From positions 20,667 to 84,666 of the forward strand of contig DASZWB010000001.1 of the NCBI GenBank assembly GCA_035546815.1: a stretch of 64,000 bases of DNA. The letters run 5' to 3'. The position numbers were made by a program, and so were the translations under genes. This document shows positions 23,358 through 33,527 of this stretch, one piece after another. Positions within the stretch are counted from its first letter, which is position 1. Each line of letters begins with the position of its first letter. The notes beneath the pieces are model-generated. The model was not told the DNA's origin, did not search any database, and saw nothing but the letters and a program-made list of their open reading frames with translations. The DNA comes from Candidatus Saccharimonadales bacterium. Its GTDB lineage: Bacteria > Patescibacteriota > Saccharimonadia > Saccharimonadales > UBA4665.

Positions 23358-24515
23358 TCAGTTGACGCTACAGGAGTTATTCGGGTCAGTGATACCACTG
23401 CTTTGCTCTACCGTGCCGGCTACCGGATCAGTGCTAAACCGCTTACAAATATCTTGGGCTTCTACTCCATAACTCGCTGACGAGCCAGGTTGATAGAGAG
23501 GTTTATAGACCTGCAGGCGCTTCAATACCTGACGAGCTTTGCCGGTCACGTCAATCACCACTTGGCTATTACTAAAATTAAGGCCGTTACTGGAACTGTC
23601 TTTGGCGTTGGTAAGGTAAACTTGTGATTTATCGTAATAATTAATTATGTGGACCAGGTAATACTCATTGGGGCTGCCCGACAGTCCTTTAACGTTAACC
23701 TTGACCTGGCCGCAGGCGCCGGTGGTGTGCGTAGTGGTGCTAATCCGACCGGCAACTTGGCTGCAGGTAGCCGAGATGATGCTGCCTGAGGCGTCACTGC
23801 CGACCGTCACGCTGCCGCTGCCGCTGGCCGTCGGTCGAAAATAGTAGGTTTGCGTATTATTTAACAGAGACGTGCGGTCCACCGCGTTGAGCGGCGTGAT
23901 ACTAAATTGGAGCATGGCCGGCGCACTGCCCCACTGACTGCCGTCAGTAGCAGAACCGATCGGCGGAAACGTAGTGCCCCCTGGGGGCGTATCATACTGG
24001 CTGTCAGTGCTATTCCAGGTCACATCAAAAGAGCTTAAAGCATTACTGCCCGTGGTAGAAAATACCGTGGACCAGGCCGAACCCGGATCGAGCGCTTTGG
24101 TAAGCGTCGGCGGAGTCAGATTAACCATCAAACAGGTGTAGGAAACGCCGTGAGAACTATCAATATTGCCGCTGGAGGCCTTTACCTGAGAGCCGGCGGG
24201 GAGCGTAGTAGGATCGATGCAGTTATTATTGGTGCTGGCGGTAATGTAATTATGCAGAATGTCGGCATAAGCGTCATTGATGCCGCTCTCCGCCGCGTCA
24301 TAAGCTTGATTGGCCAGCTGTTTATTAAGCGCGCTTTGCTGTTCGCGGCGTGCCAGCGTGGCGAAACCGACCGTCATGAGCGCTAGCACCACAATTAGAA
24401 CCAGGGCTATCACTATCGAAGCAAAGCCGTCTTCGGTAAGAGTATGACGCTTCGCCCTGTTGCCGGTGTGTTTGTTAGCCATAAGCTTGTTCTCTGCCTT
24501 CAATTGTATCCTCAT
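23358..24515 (-). CDS. PilX-like minor pilin / pilus tip-associated protein
   Basis: The N-terminal hydrophobic helix EDGFASIVIALVLIVVLALMTVGFATLARREQ lacks Glu5, as PilX_N-type proteins do. It is the last gene of the pilus operon. Confidence 0.5.
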   Translation of the reverse strand: MRIQLKAENKLMANKHTGNRAKRHTLTEDGFASIVIALVLIVVLALMTVGFATLARREQQSALNKQLANQAYDAAESGINDAYADILHNYITASTNNNCIDPTTLPAGSQVKASSGNIDSSHGVSYTCLMVNLTPPTLTKALDPGSAWSTVFSTTGSNALSSFDVTWNSTDSQYDTPPGGTTFPPIGSATDGSQWGSAPAMLQFSITPLNAVDRTSLLNNTQTYYFRPTASGSGSVTVGSDASGSIISATCSQVAGRISTTTHTTGACGQVKVNVKGLSGSPNEYYLVHIINYYDKSQVYLTNAKDSSSNGLNFSNSQVVIDVTGKARQVLKRLQVYKPLYQPGSSASYGVEAQDICKRFSTDPVAGTVEQSSGITDPNNSCSVN

Positions 24516-25210
24516 AGAGAATTATCCGTCAAACGCTTCGTGACCGTGACTTGCAGCCGCGCGGTAGCGCAGAACTGGTCGCCAGTCCCGCCTTTACACA
24601 GAGGATTGGTGCTGGCGGGGTTGTTCAAAAGGTCGTCATCGCCATACGCCACCCCAACCGTGACCACATACGGCGAAGTTACTGGGTTGATAGAAAAAGT
24701 GCTTAAACGCGATTTCGCGGCCACCAGTTCGGCACCATTTGAGCCTCCCGTCGTAGCGCTCGGATTAGACTGAGTAAGGTCAGCGGGCACGCAGCCGGCA
24801 CCGGAGCTAATCGTATCCCGCCATAGAATGTGCTGAAGCGTATAGTCACCAACGGTGCTGCCCATTTGGATTCCGGTAGCGAACGAATAGCGGATATTAT
24901 CTATGCAATAAGCGTATATGGTGGTGGCGTTGACGTCATGCTGGGGATAGGTTTGCGACACCGGCCCCGACGGCGAATGATCGCTCAGCTGCAAATGGCT
25001 GGCTACGTCGTCGACGATACTGCGCGCGTTATCTTGGGCGCGGGATTGATTAATACCTTTGTAGTACAAGTTGCTGACATTTATCATTAACACGGTAACT
25101 AAGAGTATGATTGTCGATAGTACCGCCGTGGCGATCATCAGCTCGATGATCGTGAAGCCGCGCTCGTTCGGCCGCCGGTCTCGGTTAGGCTGAGCTAGCT
25201 TGGCGAACAT
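24512..25210 (-). CDS. Minor pilin (prepilin-type N-terminal cleavage/methylation domain)
   Basis: ERG/FTIIELMIATAVLSTIILLV class III signal. Shows 4-nt start/stop coupling with the neighbouring gene. Confidence 0.65.
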   Translation of the reverse strand: MFAKLAQPNRDRRPNERGFTIIELMIATAVLSTIILLVTVLMINVSNLYYKGINQSRAQDNARSIVDDVASHLQLSDHSPSGPVSQTYPQHDVNATTIYAYCIDNIRYSFATGIQMGSTVGDYTLQHILWRDTISSGAGCVPADLTQSNPSATTGGSNGAELVAAKSRLSTFSINPVTSPYVVTVGVAYGDDDLLNNPASTNPLCKGGTGDQFCATARLQVTVTKRLTDNSL

Positions 25211-26052
25211 AGCGTCACATTCTGGGTCTGCGACCCGTCTTTAGCTTGCGCGGTGGCTCCATCGGTTGAAATGTACGAGGCGTTGAATTTAACCGACAGT
25301 ACTCCGTTGGCATCGAGAACCGGCGTGGTCGGTGTGGTGGAGACGGCGGTCATGTTTGGCGACGTGCCCGTCAGCGTCACTGTATCGCCGGGCGCGCCCG
25401 CCAGATTTATGGTGGCCGTTACTTTGTAATTCTGAGCTTTGACTTTGGAGCAGACGGCGGTTTGCAAAGAAGCCGTTAACAAAGGGGCTGATGGGTGGTC
25501 GTCCGACCCGTCATCTGAACCACTGTCTGAGCCCGAGCCATCGGACCAGCCGGCAGCACCCGTCGGCAGTTGCGGCATGCGATAATCAAGTGTCACCGTA
25601 TCATTGCCGCTACCTGAAATATCCGGCCAGGTCGCGGTGGCCGTAAAAGTACCGGGCGCGGAACAAGTAGTGCTAACCGCATCGCACCGCGAAATACTTA
25701 TCGTATAGCAGAACGAATCAGCAGCCGCGCAGGTGCTGCCCGATTGGCTGAACGTACAGGGATTAGAACCGTTAATCGGAGTGTAAGTGCCGTTAATCAT
25801 GCAGAAAGTCGTCGCGGCGGGATTAGTATACAGCCGGCTGTCAGTTGAAACGCGTAATTGCTCGACCTGTGATTCCAGCAGCTCGGAGGCCTGTGAATTC
25901 TCCTGGGCCTGACGGGTGTTTTGCAAGCTGCGGTTAGCGGTAGCATAAGAAATGCCGATGGCTAGTCCCAGCACAGCCAGCACGATCATCACTTCGACGA
26001 TGGTGTCGCCGCGCTGGCCCCTCACCGCCAGTTTTTTCAGCTTGTTTTGCAT
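25195..26052 (-). CDS. Minor pilin-like protein with atypical processing site
   Basis: RGQRG/DTIVEVMIVLAVLGLAIG is pilin-like, with a hydrophobic helix and Glu at +5 but Asp at +1 instead of Phe. Confidence 0.5.
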   Translation of the reverse strand: MQNKLKKLAVRGQRGDTIVEVMIVLAVLGLAIGISYATANRSLQNTRQAQENSQASELLESQVEQLRVSTDSRLYTNPAATTFCMINGTYTPINGSNPCTFSQSGSTCAAADSFCYTISISRCDAVSTTCSAPGTFTATATWPDISGSGNDTVTLDYRMPQLPTGAAGWSDGSGSDSGSDDGSDDHPSAPLLTASLQTAVCSKVKAQNYKVTATINLAGAPGDTVTLTGTSPNMTAVSTTPTTPVLDANGVLSVKFNASYISTDGATAQAKDGSQTQNVTLCSPS

Positions 26053-26831
26053 GCCGTTGTCCCTATATTAGCTACATTAACGTTTAGTGTGCCGCCGCTG
26101 TTGCTATTCAAGCCTATGTCGATAGTTCCGTAACGAGTGCCATCGGTCAGGCAGATGCTTATGCCGCTGCTCTGTGTTATTGATGACAGATTGCTGCTGT
26201 TGGCGCCGTAATACAGGGCGACCGTTTGCGCGCCATCGCCCAGGACGCCTGCGGCATCGCCGGCCTGGCCCAGACTTTGCAGGAAAGCAATCTGGCGCGC
26301 CGCCGTATAATTGCCGCCGGTGGAGATGCCCACGACCGACAAGTTCTGCGACATATCTTGAGTAGTAATCAAACTACCAACTCGAGTAGCTTGAGCGCTG
26401 CTCAGATTTGTTATTTCGTTACCGCTCCCATCAATTCGCAAACCAGCCACCGGATAGACGCTAAAGGTGTTTGTCGTGCCCGAGGCAAAAGTTAACGACT
26501 TGCCCAGAAAAACACAGGTGGGCTGGGTGCCTTGAGCCGCCGCGCCGGTTCCTACCGTTATGTTCAGGGTTCCGGCACCCGTTTGGCCGCAGGTAATCGG
26601 TTCGTCGTTATACTGACCGTCGGCCACCTGCTCGATTACGTCTTGGATTTGCGAAGCCATGGTATTCACCCCTGAACTAAAAGCGGTCCGCTCTTGTTTG
26701 CCGTTTACAAAATTAACTGCCGCCAAGAATATTACTCCGGAGACCGCCAGGACGATCATCACCTCAATGATGGTGTAACCGTTAGCTGAACGCCGCGGGC
26801 GGTGTAGCTGTTTATTTTTGCCACCCAGCAT
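26037..26831 (-). CDS. Minor pilin (prepilin-type N-terminus)
   Basis: SANG/YTIIEVMIVLAVSGVIFLAAV. Start set at ATG (MLGGKNKQ) rather than the TTG start at 26852 in the track. Confidence 0.6.
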   Translation of the reverse strand: MLGGKNKQLHRPRRSANGYTIIEVMIVLAVSGVIFLAAVNFVNGKQERTAFSSGVNTMASQIQDVIEQVADGQYNDEPITCGQTGAGTLNITVGTGAAAQGTQPTCVFLGKSLTFASGTTNTFSVYPVAGLRIDGSGNEITNLSSAQATRVGSLITTQDMSQNLSVVGISTGGNYTAARQIAFLQSLGQAGDAAGVLGDGAQTVALYYGANSSNLSSITQSSGISICLTDGTRYGTIDIGLNSNSGGTLNVNVANIGTTACKTS

Positions 26832-26889
26832 AATGCTCTCAGTATAGCACAAGCGTTATGGGGTGCCACCCCTGGAAACGAATTCTGCG

Positions 26890-27744
26890 TTAATAGTGGA
26901 TAACGGTGTGCTGGTACCAGTGCAGGATGTCGGCGCCGAACAATTGGGTGATGATCAGGCCGGCGATTAGGAATGGGCCGAACGGAATCAGGCTATTTTT
27001 GCTCAGCCGCTGGCTTTTTAGGAGCGACAGGCTGACCAAGGTGCCGAGAAAAGATGCCAAAAAGATGAACAACACGCTGCGGCCGGGCGTGCCGGCCACC
27101 AGACCGAGCAGCCAGCCGAGTTTGACGTCGCCGCCGCCAATCCACTTGCCTTCCGAAAACTGGAACAGCGCGTAAAAGATACCGCCGCCGATGGCCACGG
27201 CCAGCACGGCGTTTAGGAGCGCTTTTAGCGGGCTATCGGCGTTGATAATCGAGATGAGCATCATAACGAAAGCGGCAACGCCGGCCGGATAAAGGATCCG
27301 GTTGGGCAACAAAAACCAGCGCAGATCGTAAACCGTGAGCGCCATCAGCCCAACTAGCAAAATGAGCCACCACACAAAGACACCTATCTCAAAGCCGTGC
27401 AGCGCGGCCGGCCACCACACGTACGAAGCGATAAAAAGGAGTGCGGTGGCCAGCTCCACGAGCGGGTATTGCTTGGCGATGGGTCGGCCGCAGTAACGGC
27501 ACTTGCCGCCCAGGCTGAGCCAGCTGAGCAGCGGCACCAGGTCTTTGGCGACCAGCTCGTGGTGACAGTGCGGGCACATCGACTTGCCGGTGGCGATAGA
27601 GAGGCGTTTGGCGTAAGCTTTGTCCGGCTTTTTCTTTGTTTTGGCCTGCTCGGCCTGCTCGTGCACCCGCCAGACCAAAGCGTTCACAAAACTGCCCAAA
27701 CACAGCCCCACGACCGCCAGAATCACAATAATCATTAGCATCAT
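26890..27744 (-). CDS. pilD: Prepilin peptidase (A24 family)
   Basis: Multi-TM protein with the zinc-binding CPHC....CRYCG motif (MCPHCHHELVAKDLVPLLSWLSLGGKCRYCGRPI). Confidence 0.85.
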   Translation of the reverse strand: MMLMIIVILAVVGLCLGSFVNALVWRVHEQAEQAKTKKKPDKAYAKRLSIATGKSMCPHCHHELVAKDLVPLLSWLSLGGKCRYCGRPIAKQYPLVELATALLFIASYVWWPAALHGFEIGVFVWWLILLVGLMALTVYDLRWFLLPNRILYPAGVAAFVMMLISIINADSPLKALLNAVLAVAIGGGIFYALFQFSEGKWIGGGDVKLGWLLGLVAGTPGRSVLFIFLASFLGTLVSLSLLKSQRLSKNSLIPFGPFLIAGLIITQLFGADILHWYQHTVIHY

Positions 27745-27799
27745 AGTAGCACAAAAGAGAACAGGCCCCGAAGGGCCTGTTCTCTTGCCTTGCTTTACA

Positions 27800-28333
27800 C
27801 TAGGAAGTGGTGCACTGCAACGTTTTACCGCCGGAGGTCTCCGTCAGGTAATAGAGAGCAACTGACCGAGCTGAAGCAGGAGCAGTGCTAACGGCGTTGC
27901 CGTTATCTGGGCAACTATGCCCCGTCTGCACCTGAATAGTAGAAGTAGGAATGGTAGTATCAGTGCCGATGTCGGCTCCAATCTTGAGTCCGGCAGTCGG
28001 CGTCGTGTTACATACCACAGCCGTACTACCATTGACGTTTACTGTTTCAGCTGTTGTGCCCGGAGAAGCACAAGTTCCGTTGGCAATCGTGACCTTGCCA
28101 TTGGTGCTGCTTATACTACTTGGCGTAGCGCCATTGTTATCAGATTCGTAAGTATTGATAGCGCCCGCAACGGAAGCGGCGTCATTCTTGATGGTCGTGT
28201 TACGGCTGTTGCGCTGCAGGGCCGGAACCGCTAACAGCACAATTAACAGGATTAAAGCAGCGATGGCCAACACAATCATCACTTCGATGATGGTAAAACC
28301 TTCGCTGTTACGTTTTTGTAATTTCTTAAACAT
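27800..28333 (-). CDS. Type IV pilin (likely major subunit)
   Basis: MFKKLQKRNSEG/FTIIEVMIVLAIAALILLIVLLAVPALQRNSRNT. The gene has its own upstream spacer. Confidence 0.75.
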   Translation of the reverse strand: MFKKLQKRNSEGFTIIEVMIVLAIAALILLIVLLAVPALQRNSRNTTIKNDAASVAGAINTYESDNNGATPSSISSTNGKVTIANGTCASPGTTAETVNVNGSTAVVCNTTPTAGLKIGADIGTDTTIPTSTIQVQTGHSCPDNGNAVSTAPASARSVALYYLTETSGGKTLQCTTS

Positions 28334-28450
28334 TGCAGGTGCCCCTTTGCAACTTACTATTTTCTAACGTTTTTAACGCTTATGGTTTGATAGTACCCTA
28401 GTCGCCGGTGAAAAAGCAAGCCGCGGGTTCATATTTATCCACAGTCCTCA

Positions 28451-29053
28451 TTATAATTGCTGACACTTCACCGCGGTGCTGTTAGCGCCGGTTTGAATGG
28501 CGTACAGCGCCACCACGCTGTTGTAGCCAGCCCCGCTGCTGGTTGATTGGCCAGGGTTATTGGCATCACATACTTGGTGGTTGTAGATATAGACGGTGTC
28601 CAGATCGGGCGTCACGGAGTGCGGCGCTTCGGTTGGCGTATCTTTCCAGTCACCGGCAATACAAAATACGATCAGCGGCCGCGGTGTGGTAGGCGGCTGG
28701 CAGGAGGCGTCCGACGCGCTTGTGGCAGTGAGGTAGGTCGGATTATGGGTTCCGAGCGGCGTGTAGTAAGTGAGCCTCGACAGATCACCCGCGGACAACG
28801 GTGCATCCGAACTCGGCATGTTGCCGCCGTTATTCAGCTCGTAATGCGACACGGCTGCCAAAATCTGCTGAATGTCCTGCCGGCGCTGATTGTTATGGCT
28901 GCTGCGTTCCAGTGCCGGCACCGCCAACAGCACCACCAACAAAATCAGCCCAGCGACAGCCAGAACAATCATCATCTCTATAACTGTAAAGCCGCGCTGC
29001 CCCGAAAACGCGGGAGATTCGGCAATGAATCGGTGTTGCCGCCTCATACTCAC
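28451..29053 (-). CDS. Type IV pilin paralogue
   Basis: SGQRG/FTVIEMMIVLAVAGLILLVVLLAVPALERSSHNNQRRQD. The N-terminal 35 aa closely resemble those of the 27800-28333 pilin. Confidence 0.7.
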   Translation of the reverse strand: MSMRRQHRFIAESPAFSGQRGFTVIEMMIVLAVAGLILLVVLLAVPALERSSHNNQRRQDIQQILAAVSHYELNNGGNMPSSDAPLSAGDLSRLTYYTPLGTHNPTYLTATSASDASCQPPTTPRPLIVFCIAGDWKDTPTEAPHSVTPDLDTVYIYNHQVCDANNPGQSTSSGAGYNSVVALYAIQTGANSTAVKCQQL

Positions 29054-30271
29054 CTATATGTTATTAGTAAAGCCTGATTGGTTCACCAGACCGTAAATTG
29101 GCAGCAATACAGCAGCTACGATCACTATGGCGATTAACCCCATGATAATCATCATCACCGGCTCGATGATAGTGCTGATGGCCTTGATTTCGTTATCGAC
29201 CTCTTTTTCGTAATAGTCGGCCACTTTCTCAAGCATGGTCTCCATGGCACCGGACTGCTCGCCGATATGGATCATATTTGGCACTAGTTCGAGGAAGTTG
29301 GGATCGCCCTGCAGCGAGTCGGATAGCGCCTTGCCGCCCTTTACTTTGTCGGCGGCGTGAGCCAGAGATTTTTCGATGTGCACGTTATCGACCGCGTCGC
29401 CGGTGATTTCCAGCACCTGGATAATCGGCACGCCGGCGGCCACCAGCGTGGTACCGGTGCGAGCGAAACGCGCCATGTACATCTTCATGTACAGATGGCC
29501 GATCGGCCAGGCGCGCATCTTGGCGGTGTCAATGGCTGAGCGGCCGCCGATCGTGCGCGCCCAGCGCGAACCGAAGAAAATAAGCAAGACAACCATAATA
29601 ATTACGACCCACCAGAAGTGCGTAATGAAATGCGAAACGGCTAACAGGATTCTGGTCAATATAGGCAGCGACACGCCTGGCAAGCCTGCGTATATGCTCT
29701 GCACTTGCGGAAGTACTTTAACAACCATGAAGATAACTACTGCTATCATTACCAACAACACGACGCACGGATAAATCATAGCGCCGCGCACCTTGCTAAT
29801 AATATCGGCATCTTTTTCCTGCTGGTCGGCCAAGCGCTCCAGCGCCTTGTCCAAGGTACCGGAGGTTTCGCCAGCCGCTACCAAACTGACAAATACGCGG
29901 TTGAAAACGGTCGGGTGCTTTTCAACGGCCACGCTGAAAGCATTGCCCGCCTCCACATCTGAAATCAACTGGTTAATAACAATCTTAAACGACTTATTGG
30001 TGGTTTGCCCGGCCACGCTGCGCAGGCTCTGCACCAGCGGCAAGCCGGCGTTAATGAGCGTGGACAGCTGCCGGCTGAACAGCACCTTGTCTTTGGTTTT
30101 GATGCGGCCGAAAAAGCGGTTGCCGCCGGCTTTGAGCGGCCGGATCGAAATCGGCGTGTAGCCTTGCTCGCGGATCAGCTTGGCGGCGGCCTGCTCGTTG
30201 TCGGCCTGCACTTGGGCTTTGACTTTTTTGCCGGTTTTGGCGTCTTTGGCTTCGTAGGTAAAGGTCAGCAT
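29054..30271 (-). CDS. pilC: Type IV pilus platform protein (GspF/PilC family)
   Basis: 405 aa with a duplicated T2SSF domain pattern and three TM segments. Confidence 0.85.
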   Translation of the reverse strand: MLTFTYEAKDAKTGKKVKAQVQADNEQAAAKLIREQGYTPISIRPLKAGGNRFFGRIKTKDKVLFSRQLSTLINAGLPLVQSLRSVAGQTTNKSFKIVINQLISDVEAGNAFSVAVEKHPTVFNRVFVSLVAAGETSGTLDKALERLADQQEKDADIISKVRGAMIYPCVVLLVMIAVVIFMVVKVLPQVQSIYAGLPGVSLPILTRILLAVSHFITHFWWVVIIMVVLLIFFGSRWARTIGGRSAIDTAKMRAWPIGHLYMKMYMARFARTGTTLVAAGVPIIQVLEITGDAVDNVHIEKSLAHAADKVKGGKALSDSLQGDPNFLELVPNMIHIGEQSGAMETMLEKVADYYEKEVDNEIKAISTIIEPVMMIIMGLIAIVIVAAVLLPIYGLVNQSGFTNNI

Positions 30272-30272
30272 C

Positions 30273-31343
30273 TCAGCTCCTCATCAACCTATCCAATTCA
30301 TCGAGATCGACGGCAAAGTTGCGGGCTTCGTCGTAGCTGATGGTGCCGGCGTGAATCAAGTTGACCAGCTGCTTGTCCATGGACTGCATGCCGTACTCGG
30401 CGCCGGTTTGGATGACGGCCTCCAGCTGATGCGATTTGCCTTCGCGGATAATGTTGCGCACGGCCGGCGTGGCCACCAGAATTTCGGCCGCGGCAATGCG
30501 GCCGCCGCCAATTGACGGAATCAGGCGCTGCGACACAATGGCCATCAAAATATTGGACAGCTGGGCGCGGATTTGCGGCTGCTGGTGCGGCGGAAAGACG
30601 TCAATCATGCGGTCGATCGACTGCGCGGCGCTGTTGGTGTGCAGCGTGGCGAACACCAGGTGGCCGGTTTCGGCGATGGTGATGGCGCTGGCGATGGTCT
30701 CCAGGTCGCGCATCTCGCCGATCAAGACCACGTCCGGATCTTCGCGCAAGGCCGAGCGCAGCGCCGCGCTGAACGAATAGGTATCGTAGTGGACTTCGCG
30801 CTGCACCACCACCGATTTGTGCGATTTGTGCGTGTACTCGATGGGGTCTTCGATAGTAATGATGTGCATGGCTTTTTCCATGTTGATCTTGTGCACCAGC
30901 GCCGCCAGGCTAGTTGATTTGCCGGAGCCGGTCGGGCCGGTCACCAGCACCAGGCCGCGCGGATAATCGGCAAACTTGTTGACGATGGTCGGCAGGCCGA
31001 GCTGCTCAATGGTCAAAATTTCGTTCGGAATCAGGCGCAGCGCGGCCGCCATGTTGCCCCGCTCGTGGAAGGCGTTGACACGGAAGCGGCCCAGATCGCC
31101 GTAGGCGAAACTAAAGTCGAATTCCTTGTCTTTGAGCAAAATCTGCTTCTGGTCTTCATCGAGAATCGAGAAAATCAGCGCTTCGACGGCTTCTTCGTCG
31201 AGGATGTCGGCGCCGGTTACGGCCACCAGCGAGCCATCCACGCGCAGCATCGGCGGCAAACCGACCTGAAGGTGCAGGTCCGAGCCCTTCTTTTTGATAA
31301 CTTGGTCGAGCAGTACTTCGATTCTCGGTTGTCCTGTTGCCAT
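30273..31343 (-). CDS. pilT: Twitching-motility (retraction) ATPase PilT
   Basis: 356 aa with Walker A GPTGSGKST, an Asp box and His box. The PilT-type length lacks an N-terminal GspE_N domain. Confidence 0.85.
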   Translation of the reverse strand: MATGQPRIEVLLDQVIKKKGSDLHLQVGLPPMLRVDGSLVAVTGADILDEEAVEALIFSILDEDQKQILLKDKEFDFSFAYGDLGRFRVNAFHERGNMAAALRLIPNEILTIEQLGLPTIVNKFADYPRGLVLVTGPTGSGKSTSLAALVHKINMEKAMHIITIEDPIEYTHKSHKSVVVQREVHYDTYSFSAALRSALREDPDVVLIGEMRDLETIASAITIAETGHLVFATLHTNSAAQSIDRMIDVFPPHQQPQIRAQLSNILMAIVSQRLIPSIGGGRIAAAEILVATPAVRNIIREGKSHQLEAVIQTGAEYGMQSMDKQLVNLIHAGTISYDEARNFAVDLDELDRLMRS

Positions 31344-31382
31344 AACCCACCTCCTGCCGCTAGCGGCCGCTTATCCCCGTCA

Positions 31383-33203
31383 TTACGCGTTATCCTCGGC
31401 GGCCACGCGGTTTACTTCTTCCAGGGTCGTTTTGCCGTCCAGCGCCTTCAAATAGCCGTCGCGGCGCATGTTGATCATGCCCTCGCGGGTGGCCATGTTT
31501 TCTATTTCGGATGCTGTTGCTCTTTTCATGGTTAGCGCCTGGATAGCCTCTGTAACCTCGAACACCTCATAGAGGCCCATTCGTCCCCTATAACCGCCGG
31601 GGGTATCAGTCGTATCCGTACCCTTGGTTAAAGTATAAGCGGTTTGCGTCCTCAAGGGCAAGCTTTTATAGCCTAAATCTTGGGCGAAGGGCGCCACTTG
31701 CTCTTTGGTGGCCGGCAACAAGCCGCCGAGCGTTTCCTGAATGGCGCGGGTTTCGGCGGCATTGGATTGATAGGTTTGCTTGCCCTGATCGGCCACCCGT
31801 CGCACCAAGCGCTGACCGATCACCGTATGCACCGTGCTGGCAATCAAAAACGGCTCGATGCCCATGTCCAGCAGGCGCGGCAGGATGCCGGCGGCGCTGT
31901 TGGTGTGCAGCGTGCTGAAGACCAGGTGGCCGGTCAGCGCGGCCTGGATAGCCAGCTGAGCGGTTTCTTTGTCGCGGATCTCGCCGACCATCACCACGTC
32001 CGGATCCTGACGCAAAATGCTGCGCAGGCCGGTGGCAAAGGTCAGGCCCACGGCCGGATTGACCTGGATCTGGTTGACGCCCTCGATCTTGTACTCCACC
32101 GGATCTTCCAGGGTGACGATATTGATCGAATCGTTCTTGATTTCCTGAATCAGCGCGTACATGGAGGTCGATTTGCCGGAGCCGGTCGGGCCGGAGGTCA
32201 GAATCATGCCGTTCGGCCGCTGCACGCCTTTGCGGATCAGCCTGAGCGCCCGTCCGGTGTAGCCCATGGCTTCCAATTTCAGCGCCGTGCCGGACTTGTC
32301 CAGCAAGCGGATAACCACCTGCTCGCCCCAGACTGTCGGCGAAATGGCGATACGCAGGTCGATCTCTTTGTCGTCGACCAGCACCGTAAACTGGCCGTCC
32401 TGCGGGATGCGGTGCTCGTCGATTTTCAGGTTGGATAAAATTTTGACTCGCGAAATCAGGGCCGGTTCGGCGTTTTTGGGCAGGCGCATAATTTCGCGCA
32501 GCACGCCGTCGATACGGCAGCGTATTTTCAGCTCCTTTTCGAGCGGTTCGATGTGCACGTCGCTGGCGCGGTTGCGGGCCGCAAACTCCAAAATGGCGCT
32601 CAAAGCCTTGCTGATCGGCGAGTCTTCAACGATGGTCTTGATGGTTGAATTGCCGCGCCTGAGCGCATCGGCGCCCTTTGGCGCGTCTTTGCCGTCCGTG
32701 GGCGCCTCTTCGCCGCCGCCCACGTCCGCCTGTAAAGCCGCCTTCATTTGCGTGTCCAAGCGCGCCGAATACTGCTTGAGCACGTTGCGGATGCCGGCCT
32801 CGCTGGCCACGTAGACTTTCAGCGGCCGGCCGATGCGGTTGCTCAAATAATCGACCGCCTGCACGTTATCGGCGTCGAGCATGGCCACCACCAGCCGGTG
32901 CTGCATTTCGCCGAGCGGCACGGCCATGTAGCGTTCGGCAATGTCCACCGGCAGCAGCTGCAGAATTTTCGGATCGACCTTAGCGTTCGTGAGGTTAACG
33001 TACGGCACTTCGGTAACCGCGGCGTTGGCCTTGGTGAGCTGCTCGTCGGTAATCAAATTATTCTTCACCAAGTAGCCGAGCAGCGGCTCTTTTTTCTCCT
33101 TGGCCGCCTGGCGCGCTTCGCGCAATTTGTCGGCCGTCAGCATGCCGCTGGACACCAAAATGTCGGCCACCTGCTGCTCAGTACTGGCTGACAGCACGCT
33201 CAT
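31383..33203 (-). CDS. pilB: Type IV pilus assembly ATPase PilB (GspE family)
   Basis: 606 aa with an N-terminal T2SSE_N/MshEN-like domain and Walker A GPTGSGKST. Confidence 0.85.
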   Translation of the reverse strand: MSVLSASTEQQVADILVSSGMLTADKLREARQAAKEKKEPLLGYLVKNNLITDEQLTKANAAVTEVPYVNLTNAKVDPKILQLLPVDIAERYMAVPLGEMQHRLVVAMLDADNVQAVDYLSNRIGRPLKVYVASEAGIRNVLKQYSARLDTQMKAALQADVGGGEEAPTDGKDAPKGADALRRGNSTIKTIVEDSPISKALSAILEFAARNRASDVHIEPLEKELKIRCRIDGVLREIMRLPKNAEPALISRVKILSNLKIDEHRIPQDGQFTVLVDDKEIDLRIAISPTVWGEQVVIRLLDKSGTALKLEAMGYTGRALRLIRKGVQRPNGMILTSGPTGSGKSTSMYALIQEIKNDSINIVTLEDPVEYKIEGVNQIQVNPAVGLTFATGLRSILRQDPDVVMVGEIRDKETAQLAIQAALTGHLVFSTLHTNSAAGILPRLLDMGIEPFLIASTVHTVIGQRLVRRVADQGKQTYQSNAAETRAIQETLGGLLPATKEQVAPFAQDLGYKSLPLRTQTAYTLTKGTDTTDTPGGYRGRMGLYEVFEVTEAIQALTMKRATASEIENMATREGMINMRRDGYLKALDGKTTLEEVNRVAAEDNA

Positions 33204-33272
33204 AGCCGTGCCTCCACGCCGTAGCGGTTGGTTCGATTCGTCGGGGTTACGTACCTGGCCACGCCAGCTCCC

Positions 33273-33527
33273 CTACTGCGCCGAGCTGCCGCTGAACGGA
33301 TCCGGATTAGCGTTCTGACCGGTGGTAATGGGCTGGGCCGGATCAAAGGCCTGGTTGTTAAAGTAACGGCTATCCGGCTTAGATATTTGCGCATTAATCG
33401 GCTGCACTACTTCGACCTGCTGTTGCCGGTTTTTGGGCGGTGCAAAGATAGCTTTCGAGGCAAACAGCGAAACTAGCGCGCTAATAAAGACCACTACTAT
33501 AATCAGGGCAATATCTTTTTGCTTCAT
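33273..33527 (-). CDS. Small membrane-anchored protein of the pilus operon
   Basis: 84 aa with one N-terminal TM. Its start overlaps the stop of the upstream pilO-like gene (ATGA-type coupling). Confidence 0.45.
   Translation of the reverse strand: MKQKDIALIIVVVFISALVSLFASKAIFAPPKNRQQQVEVVQPINAQISKPDSRYFNNQAFDPAQPITTGQNANPDPFSGSSAQ

Noticed and set aside
28434-28442. A TTATCCACA DnaA-box-like 9-mer between the two pilin genes as a hint of oriC
   Set aside because: It is a single isolated box inside an operon. There are no clustered boxes, no AT-rich unwinding element and no dnaA/dnaN nearby.
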